A DNA stretch of 64,000 bases from Pocillopora damicornis (taxonomy: Eukaryota), in the NCBI RefSeq assembly GCF_003704095.1, contig NW_020846062.1, forward strand, positions 62,001 through 126,000, in the 5' to 3' direction. The position numbers were made by a program, and so were the translations under genes. Positions 1 through 13,700 of this stretch are shown here, piece by piece. Numbering within the stretch: the first letter of the stretch is position 1; each line of letters opens with the position of its first letter. The notes below the pieces were generated by a model. The model was given only the letters and a program-made list of their open reading frames with translations. It had not been told where the DNA came from and did not search any database.

Positions 1-135
1 CGTGACAGGGAAGACAGGTAAAGTCTTTGTTCGCGGATTTTTATCTCCAGGACATGGAAGTTTTCTTTGATCATGTCCAGCTTTTCTTGGACATCGCGTG
101 GGATGGCTTCACTCTCGGGTTCTCCGTTTGGTAAC
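1..135 (-). CDS. Spectrin-repeat exon, cut by window edge ([26 protein letters not shown]...)
   Basis: Acceptor catag|G, phase 2, open to position 1. Confidence 0.88.
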
Positions 136-3100
136 CTATGGCGGATAAGACAAGTAATGCTACGAAAACGGGGATGGAGAACAGCTTAAATCAAACATCA
201 TATTTTCATCAGTTTAAATGAATAAAATAATAGAATTATTCAAGTAACAGAGTCTTGGTGAACTTGAACAATATTTTATTCAATGTGTCCCAAGCGTTCC
301 GTTTTTTATAAATTCACAAAATATGGTTTTAGACTATTTGCACTAAGAAGTCATCTTGTTAATTGTTAAAACACTTTTTCCATCAAGTCGAGGGTTCATA
401 GCTTACTAAGAAAACGAAGGTGGATCTCCTTTGAATTCAAGCTAAGGAAATTAAGGTTTGGTTCACTTACAAGGCGCTTGATGTGTGCGCGTTCCTGATG
501 AGCCAATCACCAGTCAGAGTCGCTGTCGTAAGCAGTGGCTTGTGTTTACTGATCTCTTCGTGAAAAGTCTGTAAAAGAAAAGTAAGCAACGTCATATGAG
601 GCTATAAGAAAATGTTTACCAGCAGCAAATGTTTCCGAAGACATGTCATCCCTGATCTACTTTCTGGAACGTTCGGACAATATTTAGTCTGAGAGATTTC
701 GCGGTTATCGACGGCTGTACAGTACTCTCAGGGATTGTTTAAGCACAAGGTATGCGGACAAAATGGCGTGACTAACTGAGCGACTTGGAAATGCCAGTCA
801 AAGAGAGATATCGTCAGTATTTTATATCTTTTGACCTTCAACTCCCAAGCTCTGACAGTTAATTCTCCCCTCTAGCTGCCGACACATTTCTTTGTAAATT
901 AGTTTCGAAACTTTTGGTGTTAGACCAAGATAACTTCGACCTAATAAGTTTGAGTATTCTCGTCACCTGTTTGCTGGATAATGTATGGATGTTATAGGGA
1001 GAATTTACAAGCAAATCACTTGTGGGAGTTATAGGGTTAACACTAATTTAGTGTAGCTGAAAAAAGCGAAGAAAAAAACAATTTTCTTTGCCACTTTTCT
1101 TACAGCTGCAGGCGTCTTTGGGCGCCAAACAACATGTCAAAGAAGACTTGAAAATGTCTTCAGTTTAAGCGTAGCTTCGTAAAGTTTTGCGCCATTCTAT
1201 GTAAATCATATTTGAAATACTGTTATTCTAAAGTGAAAGTAAAAATTTTTTTCTTCCAATTAATATGGTTAAAGCAAAAGTGTTTACCTCCAGCTCCTCA
1301 AGTCGTTTCTTGACGGCCTGTCCATCTGTGGTGTCTATGTCTATTGCTAGAAGCTCCTCCTTTTTCCCGCCGAACTTGGCAAGAAGCCTTTCAACCGCCA
1401 ACTGAAACTCATTGGCTTTGCGCATGTGCTCGTCGTAATGTTCTTCAAACCGGGTCATCTTACCCTTAAGTGCATCTACCCGACTTGACAGCGCATCCAT
1501 TTGACTGCGCACCGCTGCCATGTCGGTGGAAGGATCTTGCAGACTCAGGAGGGCTTCCCCAGTTACGTGAGCTCTTTCCGCCGAATTGTTTAGTTCTGAT
1601 TGTAAGTTCTGGAAAGGAAGACGAGAAAACTATAAAAAATGATTGCTTCAAATTAAAATACCTCTTAATACTTCTGTGGTTAAGCACTCCAAAGTCCAAT
1701 ATTTATAATTTTCGTCAAAGAAACCAAGCATGAATACAAAAAGCGGAAAAAGTGTTTACAAAGAATTATTGCATGTTTAAATATGAAATATCAGGGTACA
1801 AATATTGCACCTGCGGGGTGAAGTTTACTTTCGAAAGTGTTGAAATATATTTCAGGTTTATAGAATTATGCGAAAAAGTTGTTTTTATTAACAGCGGGTA
1901 CCTGCCTAAAACGGGCGAAACAAACTGTTCTTTTTGCTCGAAATCGTTAAATTAATCGTTTCTTTGAACGAAAATACAATAAAACTATTTACTTTATGGC
2001 TCCTTTAGAACAACATAATTTAAGTGCCTGTCATTTGCATTTTGTTTGATTATTATTATCGTCCCAATCCGTGCGATGTTTGATAACGATCAAGAGCGAT
2101 TACCATTTGAAAAATAATAATCACATTCACTCGAATTTGAAATTTGAAATTCCAGTTAACGTATTTCCAAGTCAAATCACCACAATTAGTAAAACCATAC
2201 ACAAAACCTTGCCAATTTTGTCTTCAATATTTAAGGCGTACCAACTGCATCAGTACTAAATTTAGAAAATTCCTCGAAAGGAAAAGAACGGTGTTTCCAA
2301 GATTTTAATAACATCTCGGAGTCCCTACCTCCGGTTGAACACGATTTTTCGCTTTACTATAAAATTTCTTTTTCCCAGCCTGCAACTCGCCATTGCAATA
2401 AAAATATTCGGACGAAATACGATTTGCTCGCGGTAAAGATTGGCCAGACGATCTTCTCACACGGACATTTAAATGTTTGTTCAAACAGCCTTGCCAAATA
2501 GTTACGGCGCGAAAATATTCCTCTTTTCCACTTTCTGACACATCGTTAGCTTGTAAATTGAAGGCACGAGATTTTCCGTCCAAAGATTTTTCCAAGAAAC
2601 ATCCGCAAGTTGATCGGCTCTTTGAGTTGCTTATCATAACTCTAGCAGCGGGATTTACGGTGCTCTTATTCGTGGGTCCCGTAAATCTGATAAACGTTCC
2701 CCCATTCATTTGAGTACGGACTGAAGTCACCTCTTTTCTGTCGCATGAGCATTCTCCGAGCGATCGCCTCGTACGGAGTTTTAATCGCAGACTGCTAATG
2801 TCGGCGGCTTCATCAAATCTAGCGTTATTGCAATGCCCAAGGCGATCCGTCTTAATTTTGCAACCTCGAGATTCACATTCTGGAAGATTACTCCAATTTT
2901 CCTTTTTGTGCATTTTAAAACTTAAATAATTGTGTTGTAAGGTAAGATCTACGTGTTCCTCGGATGAACCGATGGATTTATCGTAAGCATGATTTTATAA
3001 ACAACTTCCTTCCATTCATTCGCTTGTTCGACATGAAATATCCAGAATAATCTTTGATGATAGGTTCCGATGATGAACAAATCCAGAAATTTTCCTTTTC

Positions 3101-4753
3101 ATTGTGTATAACACAGATCTTTGCTTGGTGTTTAGACGGTTGGTGATGACTCAGGTTTCTCAAAACAATCCAGAGAACCGTTGCGTCTACATAAATTTGC
3201 TATCCTAAACACTGCCACTTAATTATACATTCACGACACCGAATTTACATTTGAGACAAGGTCGCCGTCTTTGTTGTTACGGGCTGCGCGAGTTTAAACA
3301 AAGAAACAGCTTCTTTCTCACAGTGCACTACGTTAAACATACGATCTCAACAAAAAAGCCCTAATCCTGTGTTCCCACTGAGAAAGGAAACAGCGAAATT
3401 TTAATGTCATCTCTTGAATATACTGAGAAAAAAAATCATTTTGATTTTTGCAACCAAAAAAAATCAAGTGATGACGTGTTTCTAAGAATACATTTTACAG
3501 TAAATTCCATTTTAATAATGTTTTGAAAAGCACATTTGAAAAGTTTCTGATTCAAGATTTGTGAGGAAAGCGTAATTATCTAATCTACGAAAGTAACATT
3601 TTCCCTACATGATAGAAAAGAAATACAATAAATGTCACAACACAAGAACACTCATGATGAAATCATGCGGGACTCATCAGATTCCATCTGCAAATCTTTA
3701 AGAACGAAAGGACAGAAAAGGCAATTTCAAAGCAACAGTGACGCGCTGCAGGGATTTCAATGACGAAGAACTTTCGGAACAATGTGTTTTGAAAAAGAGA
3801 ATCTCTAAAGCAGATTTCATTTTAAGAGGCCTACAAATAAAAATACGAACAAAAGAATTATGCTTTTATTTCCTCGCTTGCTAACATCTCTTTTCACATT
3901 GGTCCGTCCTTTGTATTTTGATTCCAGTAATGTAAAATAATTAGCAAGGTTATTCTTTTGCCAAATATAACCAAACAAATAAAGCGCCTCGATGGAAACC
4001 ATGCTGAGCGGTCCGTGGGAATTAACCTCCAAAATTCAACAACTTTGATTCTATACCTTCACATCAAAAAATTACCAAAAACCAAATTAGCTTGTTTACA
4101 AGACTGTCTTCATAAATTAACACCATTGAATATTTTGTTGTAAAGAGAGCATGAAGTAGCATCGCTGTACGTGATGTTCGAATCATCTTTCCCTCTTCCA
4201 GTGTTTTTTAGACTTTAGTCGTGTATATTTACAGAAGAGCACTATAAGAAGGCCTTGACAGTTTCTTCCTTAACAACAAACGCAAACGTGAGAAAATACA
4301 TCAGTTCTTGACAAATCGAAATTTTGCCGGATTTCCCAAGGAAATGCCAGTTATATAAGGACACAATTAAAAAAACAAAACAAAACCAAAAAAACAACAT
4401 TTTCAGCATTATTTTCTGTTCATGGCCCCCCTCTATTTTCATGTATTTTATCCAAAAATTTGACCCTTGAAAAGGATCGGACAAAGATACAAGAAAAACT
4501 TTGGATCTAGTACAAGAGGAGAATGTAAGTGCACGTGCCGACTGGAAAACAGCAAAGTAAACAACTGATGTCTGATGGGTCAACATCACATTTATGTCAC
4601 CTCAAAATACGGAGACTTTGGCGTTTTTTTCTTTCCCGCTCGAGTACTAACCAAATGAGTTGACTTAAAATTCGAAATACTTACAATAATTGTAATGATG
4701 ATAATGATAATGAAAATAAGAACAATAATAATAATGGCAATAATAATAATGGC

Positions 4754-4787
<34 letters not shown>

Positions 4788-7700
4788 TCTCTAATAATAG
4801 TAATAATAATAATAATGATATCTCTCCTCTCCACACTTTAATATACTATTTATTGTATAATTTCTTTTTATTTCTCATAATACAACTGACGATGGATGAT
4901 ATTTCATCCGAAACATGTTTTGTTTTCATTAAAAAATTTAAAAAATGAACTTCAAAAGCGTCGTGNNNNNNNNNNNNNNNNNNNNNNNNNNNNNNNNNNN
5001 NNNNNNNNNNNNNNNNNNNNNNNNNNNNNNNNNNNNNNNNNNNNNNNNNNNNNNNNNNNNNNNNNNNNNNNNNNNNNNNNNNNNNNNNNNNNNNNNNNNN
5101 NNNNNNNNNNNNNNNNNNNNNNNNNNNNNNATGAAGTTGCAAAGTTTCACGCGGAAATGGAGTAACAAAGTGAAAGAATATTTTAAAGGCACTACATTAC
5201 GGTTTGTTTATCCTTAAAATTCAGCTTATCTTATTTTCACGCTCGTCAATTTCCATTTGCAATCCGTTTCAATCTTCTTCATCTTCAGCTTACCTACTTC
5301 TTTCAAGGTGTACTGCTGTCTCTTCTTTGTTCCTTATCTAACTGAACTAATACTTTGAAGTCACTGTAACGGCGCAAAAAATGTCCCATAGAATCTTACT
5401 TACAGAGGCCCCTTAGACTTCTAACTTTCTGTGAAAGCCTCACCTTTATCTTCTCAATCTCCTCCTGGATCTTTTCAGGCTCCGCTCCGAATGCACGCTG
5501 GGTATTCAGTTTGTCTTCAATTTTAGAAATCACTTCTGACAGGTTTTGTAAGGCATCATGGAAATCGTCCGCCAGAGGCGCAACATTTTCCAAGCTTCTC
5601 CGTCGGTCCGCGGTCCTATCCACGATGCTGCTCAAGGCTTCGGTCACGTGATTCACCTCTCTGGAAAGTTCCTCTTTGTCGCCAGGTTGCGCAGTTTCAA
5701 CCAGGACCTCGCTGACTTTGGTGAAGTTTTCAATGATTGGTGCTCGATCAGCGATTTCGTTTTCAATGTCCTACGAGAAAAAGGGAGGGATCTTTTTAAA
5801 AACTTGTGGTGTTTTTCTCACCTTAAAAATATTAGAAATTTTACATATGGAAATAAAAGGAATGAAAGTATTTCTATGCAGTTATCATTTCCCACGTAAG
5901 TGATTTAAGGATTCAGTGAAGTTAGACGCTAACAGGTAGAATTTTTATGAACAGATTAGAATCAAATGATCAATAACTGTGCATTTTGTTATTGCTCGTC
6001 CTAAAAGTTGTTTGTAATGAAAATATCAGATTGTAATCCTCATACTCGAAAAGGAATCCCGTTTTATGAACTTTTAAAAAGTTTAATTTTATCGTTGGTT
6101 ATGACTGTTACCCTCGTGAACGCGTTTAAAAATAAACACAGCCGAGTATCAGTCATTTAAACGCTACTATTAGATTCTCTCGTTAACAGCGACTGTATTT
6201 AATTCAGCTGCAAACAAATGAGGAAAGAAGTCGAAAAATAAATGAAATCTTGAAAATCACAGGTTCATATTAGATTTACAAAACTTTTACGAGTATGAGT
6301 TGGCTCAATAAGAAGATCAAGAAATGAATGATATTAGCTACGGTTAAAGCATATATGTAAAAAGGAAACTGATATAAACATGACAAACAAGATGTAACAG
6401 TAATAGAAAGGGATGTAAAGTGAAAATAATTTGTGATGTGAGAACAAAGTAAAAGATGAAGGTTGCACGAATACAAGCTGAAACCAAGTAAAAGAAATAA
6501 TTAGCTGCAAGGAAAAAAGTAAACATAGACGAAGCAAATACATGAAATGAGTAACTGAATTGAAAGTACGTGTAGCGGCAAGATCATAAACACGACTGCT
6601 AGAATTGGCCAGAAGTACGCGAGTAAGATGTGGAGGCTTCCTTAGAAGTGCACAGTGGAGGTATGATTCATCAGAAAACAATCACTACATAGCCGACATA
6701 CACTGATAACGGACAAAACAACAAGGTTATTACATATACATAAAACATCAGTATTAGATATGTGGTGCTAACATAACATGCAAATTGTGTAGTACATTAA
6801 TCAATTTTTGATCATCAATGGAATAGGACGCGTCAAATCACATTGCAGATACCTCAGAGTGAACTTTGAACTAACGCAACTACAGTGATAGATGGTGCGA
6901 TAAGCAAAAGGCATAGATGAACCAAGATAGCTTCAAATGAAGCCACAATTTACTTGCTCCTAATTTCATTTTTATCAAACGTCCATGCAAATTTTATTTT
7001 ATTAGCAATAAATAGGTTTTTATTACAGTCTATCTTGTTTACAGATTATCATATTTAGGATCGCATCTCAGTGTAGTTCCAAGTTTTTCCAAGGTTGACT
7101 TTCTCGTTACGCATGCAAGCAATGACAACAAATCTTGTTTAAAGAGGTTTAGCAGAGGTAGAGAGAAAAGAGCCAGAAATGGCCTCATGGCCGATATCCA
7201 CAAGCACCCTGCAAATTACTCGGCATACAATGTTCATGCAATTCCCATCATGCAAATCAACAAATATTCTGCGTGAGAGGAATACCTTGATTTCTTGCAA
7301 TTGCGTCTTGATTTCATCCACTTTCCACGAAACGGCCCTCATCCAGCTCAACTTTTTCAAAGTTGTGAGCATCCACTGCAGGAAATTCTCCAGAACAAAA
7401 TTAAACCGCATGTGTCTTGAGCTGTAGATGAAGATCAACGATTTGTGCTCCAATACATATTGATAAAGTGTTTCAATAACGACAAGGTAACGTTGTACGA
7501 CGGTTGTTTGGTATGGAATGGACACTCGCCGGGAAGATGTAAGCTCAGCTTGATTAAAGACAGCGGATTCAGGTGTGATTGTTTCCACAGTTTCAGTTTC
7601 CTCATATGGAACCACTTCCTCTACTGGCCTTTGCATTCCGATCGTCCCTTCAACACTTCCATGATGCACAGTTCTTGTCACTGTTCGTGTCACAACTCTT

Positions 7701-10700
7701 CTGATCCGTACACCGTGTTCGTCAACATACTCTTCAAATTCTTCTGGCGCGTCATGTTCTGTGTGGGATACAGGTAGCTCTATTGTTGTTGGTGCAACAT
7801 CTTCTGTCTCGAGATAAACAGGTGCCGCCGACTCAAATACCTTTGTACCCAAATCTTTTTTCTGTTCGTCGCCAGATTTACGTATTATACTTGTGGTTGT
7901 GACGGTGCGTCTCACACGAACACCATTTTCATCAACATATTCTTCAACTTCTTCTGGTGATTCACCTCCTGTTTGCGGTAAAGTAAGTCCAACCTCTATA
8001 GGTTCAATCTGTTGGCCTTTTCTTTTTATACTGGTTGTAGTGACAACACGTCTCACACTTCTCCTTACGCGAACTCCATTTTCATCAATATACTCCTCAA
8101 CTTCTTCTGGTGATTCATCTCCTGTTTGCGGTAAATAAAGTCCAACCTCTTCAGGTTCAATCTGCTGGCCTTCTCTATTTATACTGGTTGTAGTGACAAC
8201 ACGTCTCACACTTCTCCTTACGCGAACTCCANNNNNNNNNNNNNNNNNNNNNNNNNNNNNNNNNNNNNNNNNNNNNNNNNNNNNNNNNNNNNNNNNNNNN
8301 NNNNNNNNNNNNNNNNNNNNNNNNNNNNNNNTTTCATCGATATATTCTTCGACTTGTTCCGGTGATCCATCTCCTGTTTGCGCTATAGAAAACTCAACTT
8401 TCTCTGGTTCAAACTGCTGTCTCCTTATACCAGTTGTAGTAACATAACGTCTCACAATTCTCCTAACACGAACACCATTTTCATCGAGATATTCTTCAAC
8501 CTCCTCTGGTGACTCTTCCTCCGTTCTATCATCTGGTGAAGGGACCAAATCGTGATAGACAGGTGCCGCTGATTCAAACACTTGGGGTCCTCCGTCATCT
8601 TTATTTTCGTCAATCGCCTTTGGTGACTGGTCATCTGTTTTCGTTGGCAGTAAATTGGATTGTGGAATCTCCTCAAACGATGAACTCAACTCAGGAATTA
8701 TCACTTTTTTCTCGAAGTGCACAGAAAACACGTTTTCTTTAACTTCTGGCCTTTCTTCTGGCTCGCCTCTTTCATCCTCGTCTCCAACTTCCATTCCAGA
8801 CTCCGCAGGTAGTTTGGGTGACGGCATATCGGATTCTTCTTCCGACGGGAACGCAACGGTAACAGGTTGTAATGTTCCTTTCAACTGAGTCGTGAAAACT
8901 GATTTTCTGAGCTTCTGTGTGCGACGACCAGCATCGGAGGCAATCATCACTATCTGTTCTCCTTCCTCGGGATCTTCTCTAAGCTTGGAATCATCGACAT
9001 CATCAGGTTTCAGGACAACCTTCATTGATCCATCTCGCAGCACTGTTTTCATTGTAGTGGTATGAGAAGTGCGCATTACTCTTGTTATCCGTTGTCCGTG
9101 CTCGTCTGTGTACTCCTGTACCTCTTCTTTTGGCTCAGGAGGGATATCGACATCCATTTCCAAGTCGGGCATCTGACGTTCTACTCGTAGTATTGTCTTG
9201 GTGGTCGTTAATTTAGCAATTCTCTTTACCTGACGTCCGTCTTCATCAACGTATTCCTCGATGACTTCTTCATCAGGATCATCACTTTTATCTACCGAAC
9301 TCTGCAATGAAATACTTACCTCGCCTGGTTCCTCTTCCAAGTAAACAGGTTGTGCTGATTCAAACACGACCGTCTCCCCATCGTTGTCCTCGTAATCTTC
9401 TTCGTCAGAAGAGGCGCCAAGAAGAGGCCTTCCCCATTCAAATTCTTCCTGTTTAGTCTCTGGTCTAGATTTACTTGGGACTTCAAAGTTTAAACTTTCA
9501 ACGGTGCCCATTTCGACGGCTGTAACTCCAAAGGGAGACTTATCTTCCACTCTCCCATCACTATCAGAACTTTTTGCCACTGGTTTCCCTAATTCAAACG
9601 GTCTGGGTGAAAGGAGTACGTTAGTTCTTTCAGCAGCAGGTTCCGTTTTCCCAGATTTAGGAACTTCAAATGTATCAAGGAGATTCTTTTTGACTGTGGT
9701 GACCTTAAAGGGACGGGAAGAATCGCTCTCTGTTGGAGATTCATCATCCTAAAGATACAATGAAATACCGTGCGGGTCAATTAACTCCAAAGATGATAAA
9801 GCTACTTCGCTCAACTGATGGAGATATCTCTTTAATGACCGGCTAGTCAGGTGACCTAATGGTCACATCCAATTAATTGATGATGGTGTAAATTCTCACT
9901 GCCTGGCTGTTTGACAAACTATCAAACTTGTGAAGAGAATTTATGCCTCAATGATCACTTCAAGTCGTGAAAAGTCGATAAATTGTGAAGAAACTCTGCT
10001 ACATCCAATATTTTTATACTTTTTCCAATGTGTCCTTTAATTTCCGTCGCGATAGGTAAATAAAATTGCCTCTTCAGATTTAATTTGCATACAAAACTGA
10101 ATACAAATTAGCCCCACGACAACCTAGAAAAATTTCGCAAAGTTTAATAATAGGCCATTCAAATATGTGGATAAGCTGTTGATTGCTAAAAATTAAGTCT
10201 CATTAAGGTTTCAATTGTCCTCAAATACTGCATCTCAGATCAGTCCTCACAAGCAATTAGAATACAGCCGCGGGGCCAAAGCGACGCGTAGCAAACACAT
10301 GGAAGTGATAATTGTCCACATCTTTTCGCAGTTTTTCATGGGCAATACAGACGGAGTTGATTTGATGCTGTACATACATTACCTAACTATCAATATTACA
10401 CTGCGAAATATTACTACCATCAACATATTAAAAATTGGAAGTTCTCAGATATGTATCGCTTCTAATAGACCGAACAATATAGTTTTTCGAACAGTCTACT
10501 CACAACTACAGAGGTGATGGTAAATCAGTCGTAATAAATAGAATACTGGCAATTAAGAGACAGAAACTAGTACATTTTTTCCTGAATACGACATCACCTG
10601 ATCCTTGCCGCACTATAATTTGTGCATTGTTTGGGTTAGTGATATTAGCACTCGCACATACAAATTTCATTAACTCGCGTGTTCAAAATACAAACCAAGA

Positions 10701-13700
10701 ATTCAACCTACAAAATATCTTCTAAAAACAGGCCGAAAAACTAACCAGCCCCCTGATTTTCATCAGTCGATGTGCCAAGACACTAACTACATTTATGCTA
10801 AACATTCCAAGATAAACCATCCGTGTCTCAGGGTGTTAACATATCTGTCTCTTTAAGAATAAGTTTAGAGATCAACTCACATCTTGTTTGCGCCGTCTAA
10901 ACAAGCCAAAAACTCGTCCCACAGCAGTCACAACGGGATTCATTTGGACTGTGGCTAAGAAGCTGAATTCAGCGACCGATCATGCTTGTCAATAACGAAT
11001 AATTACCCCAAGAGATTCGTGCTAAATTGTTCAACCAGAACTGTTCCCGCACAATATTGCGGAGCGAGTGTTTACCGACACAAAGTGATTGGGCGTTTGA
11101 AAAAACAACAGAATTAAAATATTCGTCAATGTTCAGAAAAGTGTTCAAGGAAACGGACGATAAATGAACAAGCAGCTGACGGGCCTTAAATAACATTACA
11201 GTAACCTCGTAACACAAATTTATGCATTCCTTCTACACGTTCTTAAGACACCTTAAGAACAATAACAGCCAAAAGAAAACAGTGTCAATTGTAGTTTCTA
11301 ATCACGTTCATCTTTTCTCTCAATGACTAAAAATAGTCTAGATCCTTCCTTTTCGCGGAATACACGCAGAATACTAAGCAACCATGATCCTTTCCAGGCT
11401 CGTACCCAAGGGTTACTTCCCACCTTCAGAGGCCGAAAAAATCGATTTTTCTTCTATTTGACTAAACTGAAATTCAAACATTCAACCTAACGTTCCCGTA
11501 AAAAAAGGATCTGAAATCTATCTGAAAGTACCCAAGTTATTTATAAAAACGTATTTTCAAATCAGTTAATAAATCAGGAAGATGTCATAACTTGGGCGAG
11601 TGCCCTGGGGGAATTTTCGCGGCAACCGCTCATGTTGGGGCTCGATTTTCATCTTATTTCCATATATTGTTTACATCACGCACTTTACAAAATTCATACG
11701 TGGAAGCTCTTTGTTTATGGGAAAATCTTTGCTCGTGGAAAAATAAAAATCGGAAGAAAGTCCTTGGGAAAAAAAGAAAAAAAAACAGGCCCCAAGAAGA
11801 AAGAAAGGGTACCATTCTGTCAAGAAAAGAAAAAAAATCCTTTGTTAAAGTAACTGAGGGAACTCCACGCTGGCGTCCAGATTTCGAACAAAGAAGTCGC
11901 CGCCAAACCAAAATTTGCCATACATGAGGGTCATTATTGTGTCGTCCTCCTCAACGCTTCCCTGAGCGATCGAGAAAAAAAAGGGGGGCTTGAATGGGTT
12001 ACTTTTCCCACGAAATCTTTATCATCGTCATTGACGCCAGGAGGTCTCGTTGTCCTATTAGTTTGCGGTTTCAGGAGGCGAGATAATCTCCTAGCGTGGC
12101 GCGAGTTGTTGGCGAACCTTTAAAAACTAAAATCTCGTATATGATGTTGGGAGGATAACAACCACTTTAAGCAAATTTATAGGGTATATAGATTTGACCC
12201 ATTCTCGTAAAATTTCGCCGAAACATCCTAGGAGTAATGACAAACGAAAGTGTGTCGGAAAATTTTGATATTTGAAATATTTGTCCCGTAGCTTCCATTT
12301 ACGCAAAACGAGTCGCATATTTTTAGCTACTCCAACTTTAGATGCCGATATCTACACAACCAATCAGAATATCGAAAAAGCCTGACACACTTTGTTGGTT
12401 GATGCCTTGTGAATGAGAATATGTAGCCATTTTGCTCGTGCTGCATCATCCGATACCCAATAAATTCAATAGAACCTTCGGTCGTTTCACGCCTTACCGG
12501 CTCCTAACGCTTCCTTAAGAGAAAAGTCGCTTAAATTATATTTTTATGGTAAAATGTTTTATTAAGCTTTCTCCTGATATATAGTTTGCTAGGATTTTAG
12601 TAAAACTAGCGCGCGTACGAATTTTTTCCCGAAGGATACCCGCGAAGGTGGGAAGTAACCCTAAACTTTTACCCAGTGCTTTTCGATTTCAGAGAGACAA
12701 ATCTTTATTTATTCCTAGAACAAGAATATCATTCTCAAATTCCACTCGATCAGCTGATGCTACACACTAAGCACTATCAAATAGTGATCATACAGATCTG
12801 GGTAATGACACGATAAACTTAAGGGAGACACTCCTCCCTGGCACTTGGAAAGGAAGCTCACCTATGCCCGGCTCCACAAATTGGCATCAAACGTGACATT
12901 TCCAGCGTGACGTCCACTTCTCTTGGGCATCATTTCACTTCTCTATACGTTAATATGACAACTGCACTTACCTCGGCACGGTTGTTTTCGCTACAGGAAC
13001 AAGTTTACGTGAAAACGATAGTGTGAAATGTGAGACGTGGAGCATGAAACGTGAATAGAATGAAATGTGATGCGTGAACTGTGATGTGTGAACCGTGACG
13101 AGCGACGCGAAAGGAATTTCTTTCCGGACTTACCTTGAATTCAAAACGATTTTTTAGCTCCAGCAACTGAGTTTGGAGTTGATCCCACTGTTTGTTAACT
13201 CCGGTCACCTTATCGACGACACTCCTTGGGTCCTGTTCTGTATCCTCCAGATGTCTTATCACTTCCTGCCCTGACTCATTGGTGTTGGCCAGCTGGTATT
13301 TCAGACTGGATATTTCGTGATTTAAGGCCTATTTAAACAAAACAAACAAAAATTGAGTTAAACAATTTTAAAATATGTTTGGGATAATAAAAAACAGTAA
13401 AATAATGAAAAGGTGCATAGGTGCTTTAGACTGCGGAAAATGAGGAAATTTAGATTTCTTTGAACACATCAGTCGAAAAGCTCTCAAAAGGACTAAGTCG
13501 ATGACACAGATTACCATGAATGAGGTAGTTACAAATGTACTAGCCAATTATTTAGTTCTTAAAGCTAGTAACATAGCGACGGCTAAGAAACTGTTTAAAG
13601 TTTAACCACGTTTCCCCGGGAATTCAACTGCTCGCCACGTTTTTCACTTCCTTTGAGAAATAGTTCTTGAACCAATCTTGCTACTTCAAACCCTTCTTTT

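Noticed and set aside
4592-4834. Poly-Ile hydrophobic ORF that looks like a membrane protein
   Set aside because: It is a translation of the (AAT)n microsatellite
4846-5217. Four ORFs containing X runs
   Set aside because: Artefacts of the N gap
6276-6681. Three overlapping hydrophobic ORFs as a possible TM/KASH exon
   Set aside because: Hydrophobic in all frames because the strand is T-rich; no convincing splice sites and no PPPX end
7179-9752. Plus-strand ORFs over the giant exon and other exons (also 5558, 16737, 17408, 27935, 30618, 50211)
   Set aside because: Antisense shadows of real minus-strand exons
11592-11927. Lys-rich ORFs inside the TIR element as a possible transposase
   Set aside because: Driven by A-tracts; no DDE or DNA-binding motif
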